A stretch of 64,000 nucleotides of DNA from Pirellulales bacterium. Its GTDB lineage: Bacteria > Planctomycetota > Planctomycetia > Pirellulales > PALSA-1355. Below, piece by piece: positions 54,930-64,000 of this stretch. The stretch is from NCBI GenBank assembly GCA_963733035.1, contig CAVTBU010000004.1, positions 96,001 through 160,000 of the forward strand, written 5' to 3'. Below the pieces are notes generated by a model. It was not told the origin of the DNA, did not search any database, and worked only from the letters and a program-made list of their open reading frames with translations. The position numbers were made by a program, and so were the translations under genes. Position 1 is the first letter of the stretch; every line of letters starts with the position of its first letter.

Positions 54930-55668
54930 GAAGTGTGACCGACCAATGAGAATCTGGCTCCGAAGGGCCTCTAGGCCAGACGACTCTTGAGACGATCGGA
55001 CTCGACATTCGACGGAACAGGTCGTGCCACGGATACGCGGCGTCGAAACGGTTCTTTCAGTTAGGTGCCACGTCGAGCCGGCAGTGGCCATCTGGGGAAC
55101 AACAACAACTCTCGATTCCCTCAGCGTGCTCTGTGCCTGCGCGGTAGCTAGTCTCCCCTAACCAAAACATTGCTGCTTGAAATCGGGCCAGCACCTGCGG
55201 CATACTCACCCGCGGTCGGATGGCCTGCGACGTGTGGACGAGCAACAAGCCTGGGACCTTGGTTGTCTTGTCTTTGGAACCTGCCCATCCCCGCCGACAC
55301 GTTTCGGCGGCACGAGGATTACGGGGTTCGCTTGCGTCCACACGTTCGCCGCTTGGCCGCGCAGATACGCGGCGCCGGGGATCCACGGCGCTGCAACTTG
55401 CGCGGCAGGTCTGGCTGTCTTTGCCGCACGAAGGTTTTTTAGCCTGGCTTGGCGGTGGCGGAAGCCGCCGTCACTTGACGTACTGGTAAAACGAGTGCTT
55501 CGTGCTGCATGCCGCGTGTCGCGCCGCTCGGTCGATGGCCGAGGAGTGACCAACTGTTAACCACTTTCAAAGTCCAATCCCGGCTCAACCGAGCACGACA
55601 CGCTTCTGTTTTTAAAAAGCGTCCAACCAAACGCCGCGCGCACCCTTGCGCGCTGGCGTTTGGTTTTT
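54930..55668 (+). ncRNA. Candidate large structured non-coding RNA of unrecognised family; 5' boundary approximate
   Basis: No credible ORF. More than 12 helices found by eye, G-U pairs and a GGAA tetraloop on the + strand, and a terminal terminator. Confidence 0.55.
55625..55668 (+). terminator. Strong intrinsic terminator
   Basis: AACCAAACGCC-GCGCGCA / TGCGCGC-T-GGCGTTTGGTT followed by TTT. Confidence 0.85.
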
Positions 55669-55877
55669 GTGGGTCAGGCCTTGGTCTGGCAGATGTCCCT
55701 CGTGCGCGCTCACCTCGGGCACGGCCTGACGTATGGGCCTGTCGAGTTGGCCGTGAAAATCGCCCCATTCGGCCCCCATTGCCCACCCAACACCGATTGA
55801 AACTGAACGTCCTAACTGGTCTACTTGTCCATTCTTCTGACATTTGCAGTCGCTCTTGGAACCGTTTTGCTGGAATC

Positions 55878-58800
55878 ATGTTTCGTCCCGTACCCGCGTC
55901 GGTCCGTTTTCCCGAGCTTGAGACCGAAATCGGTCAATTTTGGAAGTCGGAAAAGATCTACGAAAAGTCACTGGCGGCCCGGGCCGACGCGCCCCGCTTC
56001 GTCTTCTACGAGGGTCCGCCCACCGCCAACGGCCTGCCCCACCCGGGACATTGCCTCACGCGGGCGATCAAGGACCTGTTTCCGCGGTATCGCACGATGC
56101 GCGGCTACTTGTGCCAGCGAAAGGCCGGCTGGGACACGCACGGGCTGCCGGTGGAAGTCGAGGTATCCAAGGAGTTGGGCATTCACTCCAAGGAGGAAAT
56201 TGAGCGTTACGGCGTTGAACCGTTCATTCACAAATGCCTCGAAAGCGTGTTTCGCTACACGCAGCAGTGGGAGCGGCTCACCGAGCGGCTGGCCTTTTGG
56301 ATTGATCTGAACGAGGCTTACGTCACCTACCACCAGAGCTACATCGAGAGCGTCTGGTGGGCGCTTAAGAACCTGTTCGATCGCGGCCTATTGTATCAGG
56401 GCTATAAGATCGTCTGGTGGTGGGCGCAGGGAGGCACCGCTCTCAGCTCCGGCGAAGTGGGCCAAGGCTATCGCGAGGTCGCCGATCCGAGCGTGTTCGT
56501 GCGGTTTCCGCTGGTCGACGAACCCGACACGTCGTTGCTGGTCTGGACGACCACACCCTGGACGCTGCCGAGCAATCAATTCGCTGCCGTGCATCCGGAA
56601 TTGGAATACTCCGTCGTGACCGACGGCGAAGGCCGCAAGTTGATCGTCGCCAGCGCCCTGGTCGAGGAGGTCGCCGCGAAGGCCAAGCAAGAATTTCAGG
56701 TTGTCGAAAGGCGGCAGGGCAAAGACTTGCTGGGGCTGCGTTACGTCCCGCCGTTCGACTATTACTACAAGTCGCTGGGCAGCAAGACGGGCAAGCTCCA
56801 GGCCGGCGGCCAGCAGCACATTGCTTGGCGCGTGGTGGCGGCCGAGTTTGTCACGACCGACAGTGGCACCGGCGTCGTGCATCAAGCACCAGCTTTTGGC
56901 GAAGTCGACTACGACGTGTTGCAGGCTGAGCAAGCCAGGTTCGTCGACGCCGAAGGCCCGGAATTGATCTGCGCCGTGGGCCCCGATGGTAAATTCACGG
57001 CCGAGGCGCCCGATTACCTGGGCCGCTGGGTGAAGGAAGCCGACAAGGACATTTCGCGCGAGCTGCGGCGCCGAGAGCTCTTGTTCCATCAGGAACAGTA
57101 CCTGCACGAGTATCCGTTCTGTTGGAGGGCGGAAGAGGATCCGCTGATTCAGTATCCGCGGCAAAGCTGGTTCATCCGCACCACGCAATACAAGGACCAG
57201 ATGCTGGCCAACAACCGGCAGATCAACTGGTTGCCCGAGCATATCAAGGAGGGCCGCTTCGGCAATTTCCTGGAGAGCAACGTCGACTGGGCCCTCTCCC
57301 GCGAGCGCTACTGGGGCACGCCGCTGCCCATCTGGGTTTGCAGCGCGACCGGCCGCGCCGAAGCGGTTTCGAGCTACGGCGAACTGCTCGCCAAGCCGGG
57401 CGTCGCGGGCATCGAGGTCTGGCAAAAAGCAAAAGCGAGCAACCCAGATTTGTCGGACCACCTCAAAGTTCACAAGCCGTACATCGACGCGGTGACCTAC
57501 ACCTCGCCGTTCGATCCCCGGGGGACGATGCGCCGCGTATCGGAAGTGATCGACGGCTGGTTCGATTCCGGCGCGATGCCGTTCGCGCAGTGGGGCTACC
57601 CGCATGCGGGGCACGACAGGTTCGAGAAGCAGTTCCCGGCGGACTTCATCAGCGAGGCGATCGACCAGACGCGCGGCTGGTTCTATAGCCAACTGGCCGT
57701 CAGCACGCTGTTGTTTAGCGATCAGGATTCCAAGGATCCCGACCGGCCGGCCCACGCTTTCCCGCACCCGTTCCGCAATTGCATCGTGCTGGGGCTGATG
57801 CTGGGCGAAGACGGCCAGAAGATGTCCAAGAGCAAGCGAAACTATCGCGAACCGCAGGAGATCTTCGACCGCTATGGCGCCGATGCGCTGCGTTGGTACT
57901 TTTTCGCGAATCAGCCCCCTTGGACGTCGATCCGCTACAACGAACAGGCGATCAAGGACAGCATTCCCGAGTTCCTGCTGCGGCTGTGGAACGTCTATAG
58001 CTTCTTCGTGATCTATGCCAATATCGACGGTTTCGATCCCGCGGCCGCCATCTCGGGCAAGGCAACTCAACTATCCGCGGCAGAGTTCCCCACGGCCAAA
58101 ACCTATCGACCCATCTCGGATCGATCGGAGCTTGACCGCTGGATCCTCAGCGAACTACATCGTACGGTCGCCGCCGTGGTCGAGCACATGGACGCGTACG
58201 ACAACTTCGCCGCGTGCGGCGCGGTCACGCAGTTTGTCGACGCATTGTCGAATTGGTATGTGCGCCGCAGCCGCGATCGCTTTTGGGCCGAAGACAAAAC
58301 GTCGCCCGATAAGCTCGACGCGTATTGGACGCTCTACGAATGCCTGTTGACTACGTCCAAGTTGGTCGCGCCGTTCGTACCCTATCTGGCCGAGGCCATT
58401 TGGCAAAACCTGGCCTCGGCCGAGTTCGGCGATCGCGTGGCCGAAAGTGTCCACCTGGTCGATTTCCCCCAGGCCGACGCCAAGGTAATCGACGCGCAGC
58501 TCTCCGAACGGATGAGCCTGGTGCGCGAGATCGTTTCACTTGGCCGCGCCGCCCGCATGGGCGCGAAGCTCAAAGTGCGGCAACCGCTGGCCAAGGTCGA
58601 AGTCATCCTGGCCGATCGCACGCATCAGAGTTGGCTGCAAGACCACGCGGCGCTGATCGCGGAGGAACTGAACGTCAAGCAAGTGGAATACACCGAAAAG
58701 GCGGACCAGTACATCACCTACACGGTGCTCCCCGATCTGAAGCGGCTCGGCCCACGATTGGGAAAGCAGTTGCCGGAGGTGAAGAAAGCTTTGGCTGCTG

Positions 58801-59252
58801 CGGACGCCGCCGAGTTGCTCGCTCGCATGGAGAAAGAACACTCTGTCACGCTCGAACTGCCCAGCGGTCCCGTGCTGCTGGATGGACAGGATCTGCAAGT
58901 GCGGTTGCAGGCTAAGGAAGGCTGGGCGGCCGCCCAAGGAGCAGCTTGCGTCGTCGTGCTGGCCACGGAAATCGACGAGGCGCTAGTCGCCGAGGGACTG
59001 GCACGCGAGCTGGTGCACGCGGTGCAAAACGCGCGCAAGGACCGAAACCTGGAATACACCAACCGTATCGAGATTGGCCTGGTCACCGAAGACAACGCGT
59101 TGTTAGAGGCGGCCAACCGCTTTCGCGACTACCTGCAAGGCGAGACCCTTACCGTGCGGCTGGTGTTCGAGGCACTCCCCGACGTTGAGCCAATTGAACT
59201 CAATCTGGCGGGCACTAAGGCATCGCTCTACGTACGGGTGGTAAAAGCGTGA
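55878..59252 (+). CDS. ileS: Isoleucine--tRNA ligase (type 2)
   Basis: [59 protein letters not shown]; long IleRS2-type tail EGLARELV. Confidence 0.97.
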   Translation: MFRPVPASVRFPELETEIGQFWKSEKIYEKSLAARADAPRFVFYEGPPTANGLPHPGHCLTRAIKDLFPRYRTMRGYLCQRKAGWDTHGLPVEVEVSKELGIHSKEEIERYGVEPFIHKCLESVFRYTQQWERLTERLAFWIDLNEAYVTYHQSYIESVWWALKNLFDRGLLYQGYKIVWWWAQGGTALSSGEVGQGYREVADPSVFVRFPLVDEPDTSLLVWTTTPWTLPSNQFAAVHPELEYSVVTDGEGRKLIVASALVEEVAAKAKQEFQVVERRQGKDLLGLRYVPPFDYYYKSLGSKTGKLQAGGQQHIAWRVVAAEFVTTDSGTGVVHQAPAFGEVDYDVLQAEQARFVDAEGPELICAVGPDGKFTAEAPDYLGRWVKEADKDISRELRRRELLFHQEQYLHEYPFCWRAEEDPLIQYPRQSWFIRTTQYKDQMLANNRQINWLPEHIKEGRFGNFLESNVDWALSRERYWGTPLPIWVCSATGRAEAVSSYGELLAKPGVAGIEVWQKAKASNPDLSDHLKVHKPYIDAVTYTSPFDPRGTMRRVSEVIDGWFDSGAMPFAQWGYPHAGHDRFEKQFPADFISEAIDQTRGWFYSQLAVSTLLFSDQDSKDPDRPAHAFPHPFRNCIVLGLMLGEDGQKMSKSKRNYREPQEIFDRYGADALRWYFFANQPPWTSIRYNEQAIKDSIPEFLLRLWNVYSFFVIYANIDGFDPAAAISGKATQLSAAEFPTAKTYRPISDRSELDRWILSELHRTVAAVVEHMDAYDNFAACGAVTQFVDALSNWYVRRSRDRFWAEDKTSPDKLDAYWTLYECLLTTSKLVAPFVPYLAEAIWQNLASAEFGDRVAESVHLVDFPQADAKVIDAQLSERMSLVREIVSLGRAARMGAKLKVRQPLAKVEVILADRTHQSWLQDHAALIAEELNVKQVEYTEKADQYITYTVLPDLKRLGPRLGKQLPEVKKALAAADAAELLARMEKEHSVTLELPSGPVLLDGQDLQVRLQAKEGWAAAQGAACVVVLATEIDEALVAEGLARELVHAVQNARKDRNLEYTNRIEIGLVTEDNALLEAANRFRDYLQGETLTVRLVFEALPDVEPIELNLAGTKASLYVRVVKA

Positions 59253-59890
59253 GCCCAGCCAATCCATCGACACCGCTGCGCGTCGTCGTGCTGATCTCGG
59301 GGGGCGGCACAACGCTCAAGAATCTGCTCGCCAAGCGCGCGGCCGGAGAGCTCGAAGTCGACATTCCGCTCGTAATATCGAGCAATGCCGAGGCGCGTGG
59401 GCTCGACATCGCCAGCAACGCCCGCATCGCGACATTGGTACTTCGCAGCAAGGCGTTCGACTCGCCGGAGGCGTACAGCGACGCGATCTTCTCCGCCTGC
59501 CGCGACAAGCATGCCGATTACGTTGTCATGGGAGGTTTTTTGTCGTACGTGCCCATTCCGCCGGATTTTGAAAACCGCGTGCTCAACATCCACCCGGCCT
59601 TGATCCCGGCGTTTTGCGGCAAGGGATTCTACGGGCATCACGTGCACGAAGCGGTGCTCGAGTACGGCGCCAAGGTGAGCGGCTGCACGGTACATTTCGT
59701 CGACAACCAGTACGATCATGGACCGGTCATCTTGCAGCGGGTCGTGCCGGTGCTTGATGACGATACCCCCGATACACTCGCGGCCCGTGTATTTGAAGCG
59801 GAATGCGAAGCCTACCCCGAAGCGATCCGGCTGCTGGGAAGCGGGCAGGTGACAATCGACGGTCGCCGAGTGAGGGTTCAGCCGTCCTGA
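59249..59890 (+). CDS. purN: Phosphoribosylglycinamide formyltransferase
   Basis: [34 protein letters not shown]. Confidence 0.96.
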   Translation: MSPANPSTPLRVVVLISGGGTTLKNLLAKRAAGELEVDIPLVISSNAEARGLDIASNARIATLVLRSKAFDSPEAYSDAIFSACRDKHADYVVMGGFLSYVPIPPDFENRVLNIHPALIPAFCGKGFYGHHVHEAVLEYGAKVSGCTVHFVDNQYDHGPVILQRVVPVLDDDTPDTLAARVFEAECEAYPEAIRLLGSGQVTIDGRRVRVQPS

Positions 59891-60402
59891 GAGTTGCTTT
59901 CGCGCGAGACGGGTTCGTAGCCGAGCGATCGATACAATCGCGCTGCCTCAACCCAGGCCTCGTGCGTTTCGAGCCAAATTTGCCGTTCGCCGCCGTCCCA
60001 AACGGCTGCTTCGAGCGAGGCCATCAGCAAGTGGCCAATTCCCAATCGGCGGAAACGAGGTAAAACCGCTAACCAATGCACCACCGGCTTGTCGTCAGTC
60101 GCCCCGCCCCGACGGGCAAGTGTGACCGTGCCGACGATTTCTCTGGGCATCATCAACCGTTGCATTTCGGCCAACCACATGGCCTGAGGCTGCCACCACG
60201 GCTTTTCCAGAAACTCCCGCTCGAAATCCGCCGTGTCCCAATCGCTCAGGCTTACTTTCTGCCGGGAAAAAGCCCGGCGGCGAAGCTCGAGCCAGGCCGG
60301 GATGTCATGCCGCCCCGCGTAGTGACGCAAATGCACGTCGGCAATCTGCGGCAACGTCGGACGCGCACTAAGCTTCTTGGTGAGTTGCTGCACGATAGGC
60401 AT
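59878..60402 (-). CDS. GNAT N-acetyltransferase
   Basis: LAVLPRFRRLGIG motif A; AARLYRSLGY. Confidence 0.87.
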   Translation of the reverse strand: MPIVQQLTKKLSARPTLPQIADVHLRHYAGRHDIPAWLELRRRAFSRQKVSLSDWDTADFEREFLEKPWWQPQAMWLAEMQRLMMPREIVGTVTLARRGGATDDKPVVHWLAVLPRFRRLGIGHLLMASLEAAVWDGGERQIWLETHEAWVEAARLYRSLGYEPVSRESNSQDG

Positions 60403-60469
60403 GGGCGAATTCTTTCAGGTTCGGGTTGGTTTGGCTATCCCGAAGGGCTTGGTGATGCAAGTCGTTTCC

Positions 60470-60566
60470 TGCGCACACGTTACCACTTATTGCGCACTTT
60501 TGTGATTAATTTCTACCAATAATTTCCATCTAGATGATTGATATCGCCATTTAACTCCTGCATAAT
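60470..60566 (+). promoter_or_regulatory. Microcompartment operon promoter with a direct repeat
   Basis: TTGATA (60538-60543)-N17-CATAAT (60561-60566); TGCGCAC at 60470 and 60491. Confidence 0.55.
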
Positions 60567-60614
60567 TGATCTATCAGTGGCACATCTGTGCATCCAGGTG
60601 AAGGTTTTACATCC

Positions 60615-61391
60615 TTGCTTGTCGAAGAGCGTCGAACTCAATTGCTTGAAATGATTCGCACACGCGGGTTTGCGTCGCTGCCCGAGCTGGCCGACCAGCT
60701 GCAGGTCTCGGAGTCGACAGTCCGTCGCGACCTGGACCACCTGGAAGAAGTCGGCACGGCCAAGCGGACGCACGGGGGCGTGTTCTACACTGGACCGTCG
60801 CCCAAGTTGCCTCACTTCGACGAGCGGCAGCCGGCCCAGTGGGACAAGAAAAAGCAAATCGCCCTCGAAGCTTCTAAGCTCATCGAGGACGGCGACACAA
60901 TTCTGCTTGATGGCGGCAGCACAACGTATGAGGTTGCCCGGTTGCTCGTCGGCCGGCGGTTGCAGATCGTGACCAATTCGTTGCCAGTGGCAAACTTGTT
61001 TGCGTCGAACGCGAACAACGACCTGGTGATCGTGGGTGGATATGTTTACCCGCGGACCGGCGTGGCGTTGGGCCCGTATGCCAATGAAATGCTCGAGCGT
61101 CTCAACGTGCGGCGTACGATACTGAGCGTGTCGGGCGTGAACGAGCGCGGATTTTACAACAACAACTTGCTCCTGGTTGAAACCGAGCGAGCCATGATGC
61201 GAGCCGCCGATGAGGTGATCATCGTGGCCGATAGCACGAAGTTCGGCTGTCAGAGCTTGGCCCACTTGTGCGGCCTGGAAGAGGTGCAGCACATCGTCGT
61301 GGACGACGAGATCAATGACCAGTGGCGACAGAAGATCGCCGACGCCCGTGTCGACCTTCACCTGGTCGCCAGCCATACAAATCAGCAGTAG
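60615..61391 (+). CDS. DeoR/GlpR family regulator of the PV-type microcompartment locus (TTG start assumed)
   Basis: [34 protein letters not shown]. Confidence 0.92.
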   Translation: MLVEERRTQLLEMIRTRGFASLPELADQLQVSESTVRRDLDHLEEVGTAKRTHGGVFYTGPSPKLPHFDERQPAQWDKKKQIALEASKLIEDGDTILLDGGSTTYEVARLLVGRRLQIVTNSLPVANLFASNANNDLVIVGGYVYPRTGVALGPYANEMLERLNVRRTILSVSGVNERGFYNNNLLLVETERAMMRAADEVIIVADSTKFGCQSLAHLCGLEEVQHIVVDDEINDQWRQKIADARVDLHLVASHTNQQ

Positions 61392-61411
61392 ACGAGAGAC
61401 TTGGAACCACT

Positions 61412-62086
61412 ATGAGCACCGCCGTCATCGACCGCTTTCAGGTGGAAGAAATCGTACGCGAGGTTGTGCTAGGCACGCTTCGCGCTCAATTCGGTTCGCG
61501 CGACAAACACGCGCCGGAACTAGTGGTCAGCATTTCGGCTCGGCATCTGCATTTGACGGATACCCACGTAGAGACCCTTTTTGGACCCGGTCGTAAGTTG
61601 ACCATTGCCAAACCGCTTTATCAGGACGGCTTCTTCGCGGCCGAGGAGACGGTGATGGTCGTGGGGCCGAAGCGGAGAATGCTTCCCAGCGTGCGCGTCC
61701 TCGGACCGACTCGCCCGGCAAGCCAGGTGGAGTTGGCATTCACGGACGCCATATCGCTGGGCATCGACGTGCCGGTGAGAGCCAGCGGCGCCATCCGGGG
61801 CTCAGCGGGCTGCGTGCTGGTGGGCCCTGCCGGCGTGGTCGAATTGGCCGAAGGCGTGATCCGCGCCGAACGGCACGTGCATATGAACCTCGACCATGCA
61901 GCCTATTACGGCGTCAAGAACGGCGACCGGCTGAACCTGCGGATTGAAAGCAGTTGCACCCTGGTGCTGGAAGACCTGCTGGTGCGGGCCGACAAGACCA
62001 GCAAGCTGGAAGTACATCTGGATACGGACGAGGGCAATGCGGCGGATTTGGATCACGCAACGAAAGTGGAATTGTTCAAGGCGTAG
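61412..62086 (+). CDS. pduL: PduL-type phosphate propanoyltransferase with N-terminal encapsulation peptide
   Basis: [35 protein letters not shown]. Confidence 0.93.
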   Translation: MSTAVIDRFQVEEIVREVVLGTLRAQFGSRDKHAPELVVSISARHLHLTDTHVETLFGPGRKLTIAKPLYQDGFFAAEETVMVVGPKRRMLPSVRVLGPTRPASQVELAFTDAISLGIDVPVRASGAIRGSAGCVLVGPAGVVELAEGVIRAERHVHMNLDHAAYYGVKNGDRLNLRIESSCTLVLEDLLVRADKTSKLEVHLDTDEGNAADLDHATKVELFKA

Positions 62087-62170
62087 ACGAACTAGACGAA
62101 CTCCCCTCGCTTTCGCGTGGGGTTGGTAATTGAGACACAACCGTTTCCTTTTTTCTCTGGAGAACTTTTC

Positions 62171-62470
62171 ATGGCGAAAACCGTGGAAGCGCTCGGCATG
62201 ATCGAGACCAAGGGGTTTATCTCCCTGGTTGAGGCCAGCGACGCAATGATGAAGGCAGCCAACGTTGAATTTCTTGGCTGGGACAAAGTCGGCAGCGGCC
62301 TGGTCACCGCGTTTGTGACCGGCGACGTGGCTGCCGTGAAGGCCGCAACCGACGCCGGTGCCGCGGCCGCCGAGCGCGTAGGTGAAGTTGTGGCCGTGCA
62401 GGTCATTCCTCGTCCCCACGACGACCTGGGTATCGTGCTCCCTGAAAACCGCAAGCGAGCAAACGCCTAG
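62171..62470 (+). CDS. BMC-H shell protein
   Basis: [33 protein letters not shown]. Confidence 0.95.
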   Translation: MAKTVEALGMIETKGFISLVEASDAMMKAANVEFLGWDKVGSGLVTAFVTGDVAAVKAATDAGAAAAERVGEVVAVQVIPRPHDDLGIVLPENRKRANA

Positions 62471-62526
62471 GCCCGCACTCTTCTCTTGAAATTGAAATCC
62501 CAACGTCAAACAAGGATCTTCCATCC

Positions 62527-62796
62527 ATGAATTCTGCAATCGGACTCATTGAAACCCGTGGCTTGATCGCTCTGGTCGAAGCCACCGACGCGATGGCCAA
62601 GGCCGCGAACGTCGAGATCGTCAAACGTGTTTCCATCGGCGGTGCCTATGTCACGACCGTCGTCCGCGGCGACGTGGGAAGCGTGCGGGCTGCCGTGGAA
62701 GCCGGCGCCGCCGCCGCCACGCAGGTCGGCGAACTGGTCGCCAGTCACGTGATTCCGCGCCCGTCGGACGGACTGGTCGCCGCGTACCTGTCGTAA
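62527..62796 (+). CDS. BMC-H shell protein
   Basis: [32 protein letters not shown]. Confidence 0.95.
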   Translation: MNSAIGLIETRGLIALVEATDAMAKAANVEIVKRVSIGGAYVTTVVRGDVGSVRAAVEAGAAAATQVGELVASHVIPRPSDGLVAAYLS

Positions 62797-62863
62797 GGAC
62801 ATGCGGCGGCGCGTGTGGCCGAAGGTCGTCGCGCGGTGGACAAGCAGGAAAAAGGATTGCACC

Positions 62864-64000
62864 ATGAAGGTTTTGGTGGCCAACCTGGGCTCGACGAGCT
62901 TCAAGTATCGGCTGTTCGATATGGCCGACGAGCGCCAGCTTCGCGCGGCGGCATCGAACGGATCGGTGCCCCGGAAAGCCGCCTGTCGGTCGAGTTCGGC
63001 GGGCGGAAGCGCGAACAGGTGGCGCATGTGCCCGATCACGCCGTGGCGGTGCGTCAGTGTTTGGAACAACTGACGGACGCCGAGTCGGGTTGTCTGCAGG
63101 ATGCGAGCGAAGTTGCGGCCATCGGATTCAAGGCCGTGCATGGAGGAGCCGTTAGTGGCGTGCAGCGAGTGACGCCTGAGTTACTGGCGTGCATGGAGGA
63201 AATGAATGAAGTGGCGCCGGCTCACAATCCGCCATACATCACCGCGATGCGGCTCTTGAGCGAAAGACTCCCCGAGATTCCGCTGGTGGCGGCCTTCGAG
63301 ACCGGCTTTCATCAAACTCAGCCCGACCGCAACAAGTACTATCCGGTGCCTTATGAATGGGCCGAGAAGTACCGCGTCAAGCGGTGGGGATTCCATGGTG
63401 CGAGCCATCGCTACATTGCCACACGCGCGGCCGAATTGCTCGGACGAGACGATTTGCGCGTGATCTCCTGTCATCTAGGCGGCTCGAACTCACTGTGTGC
63501 GATTCGCGGGCTGACGAGTATGGCAACTTCGATGGGCATGAGTCCCCAGTCGGGCGTACCCCATAACAACCGGGCTGGCGACTTCGATCCGTTTGCTATT
63601 CCCGTGATCATGAAGCAAACGGGACAAACATTTTCTCAGGTGCTGTCCGACCTGGCCGAGCGGAGCGGACTGCTGGGTCTCAGCGGAGTCAGCGGAGATA
63701 TTCGCGATCTGGAAGAAGCCGCGGCCGGCGGAAACGTCCGGGCGCGGTTGGCACTCGACGTGTTCACGTCCGACGTCCGCAGGTCGCTCGGCGCGATGCT
63801 CGCCGAGTTGGGCGGAGCCGACATGATCGTCTTCACTGGCGGCATCGGCGAAAACTGCATAAACGTTCGCACGGCCGTCGTGGGCGGGCTAGGCGACCTT
63901 GGCATCGTGCTGGACGCGGCGGCCAATGCCACAGCCAAGGGCGAGTCGAAAATCAGCACCGCGGAGAGCCGCACGCAGATTTGGGTCGTGCCCACCAACG
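62864..64000 (+). CDS. ackA: Acetate/propionate kinase (BMC-associated), 1-nt frameshift near 62943, 3'-truncated by the window edge
   Basis: [11 protein letters not shown], then shifted [42 protein letters not shown]. Confidence 0.92.

Noticed and set aside
55402..55470. Cobalamin or c-di-GMP-I riboswitch on the minus strand (AGCCAGACCTGCC)
   Set aside because: B12-box spacing is short, the other core motifs are missing, and wobble pairs favour the + strand.
55500..55605. 6S RNA or tmRNA (GCATGCCG, GACCAAC, TTCAAAG)
   Set aside because: No apical stem or ~180-nt rod with a central bubble, and no tRNA-like T-arm/CCA end or tag reading frame.
55850..55877. T-box riboswitch upstream of ileS (TTGGAACCG)
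   Set aside because: Only a partial match to GGTGGNACCGCG; it lies downstream of the terminator and no Stem I features are visible.
54882..55879. Short ORFs in the intergenic region and the 123-aa N-terminal extension of the ileS ORF
   Set aside because: Arg/Pro/Ala-rich with no motifs; the extension runs through a terminator and IleRS similarity begins at ATG 55878.
23350..58070. Long antisense ORFs (23350-24984, 42993-44894, 47186-49072, 56388-58070)
   Set aside because: Shadow frames of high-GC genes with no recognisable motifs.
2264..64000. Genome decay or programmed frameshifting as the cause of split genes
   Set aside because: Single 1-nt losses in otherwise intact genes, no slippery heptamers and a shared GCGC context point to sequencing error.
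1..64000. CRISPR array, tRNA, rRNA, IS transposase
   Set aside because: No regularly spaced repeats or diagnostic motifs were seen on either strand.

Overview
High-GC chromosomal segment of a Planctomycetota bacterium, judged from three DUF1501 genes, two PSD1/planctomycete cytochrome c genes, a DUF1559 prepilin-like gene, a PVC-type heme CxxCH giant and the start of a PV-type microcompartment locus. About 45 CDS: housekeeping genes (argC, argJ, ileS, purN), many secreted hydrolases and beta-propellers, and a DeoR-PduL-BMC-H-BMC-H-acetate kinase operon at the right end. No rRNA, tRNA, CRISPR array or transposase was seen. Three observations stand out. (1) A roughly 740-nt, densely base-paired region with no credible ORF lies between the DUF1559 gene and ileS. 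It has multi-way junctions, a GNRA hairpin and its own terminator, and is a candidate large ncRNA matching no motif I recognise. (2) A solitary AT-richer TM-DUF4041-GIY-YIG gene resembles the PD-Lambda-1/SNIPE antiphage nuclease. (3) Eleven single-base frameshifts can all be repaired at GCGC, suggesting long-read errors at a methylated motif rather than pseudogenes. All calls come from reading motifs by eye; no searches or folding programs were run.
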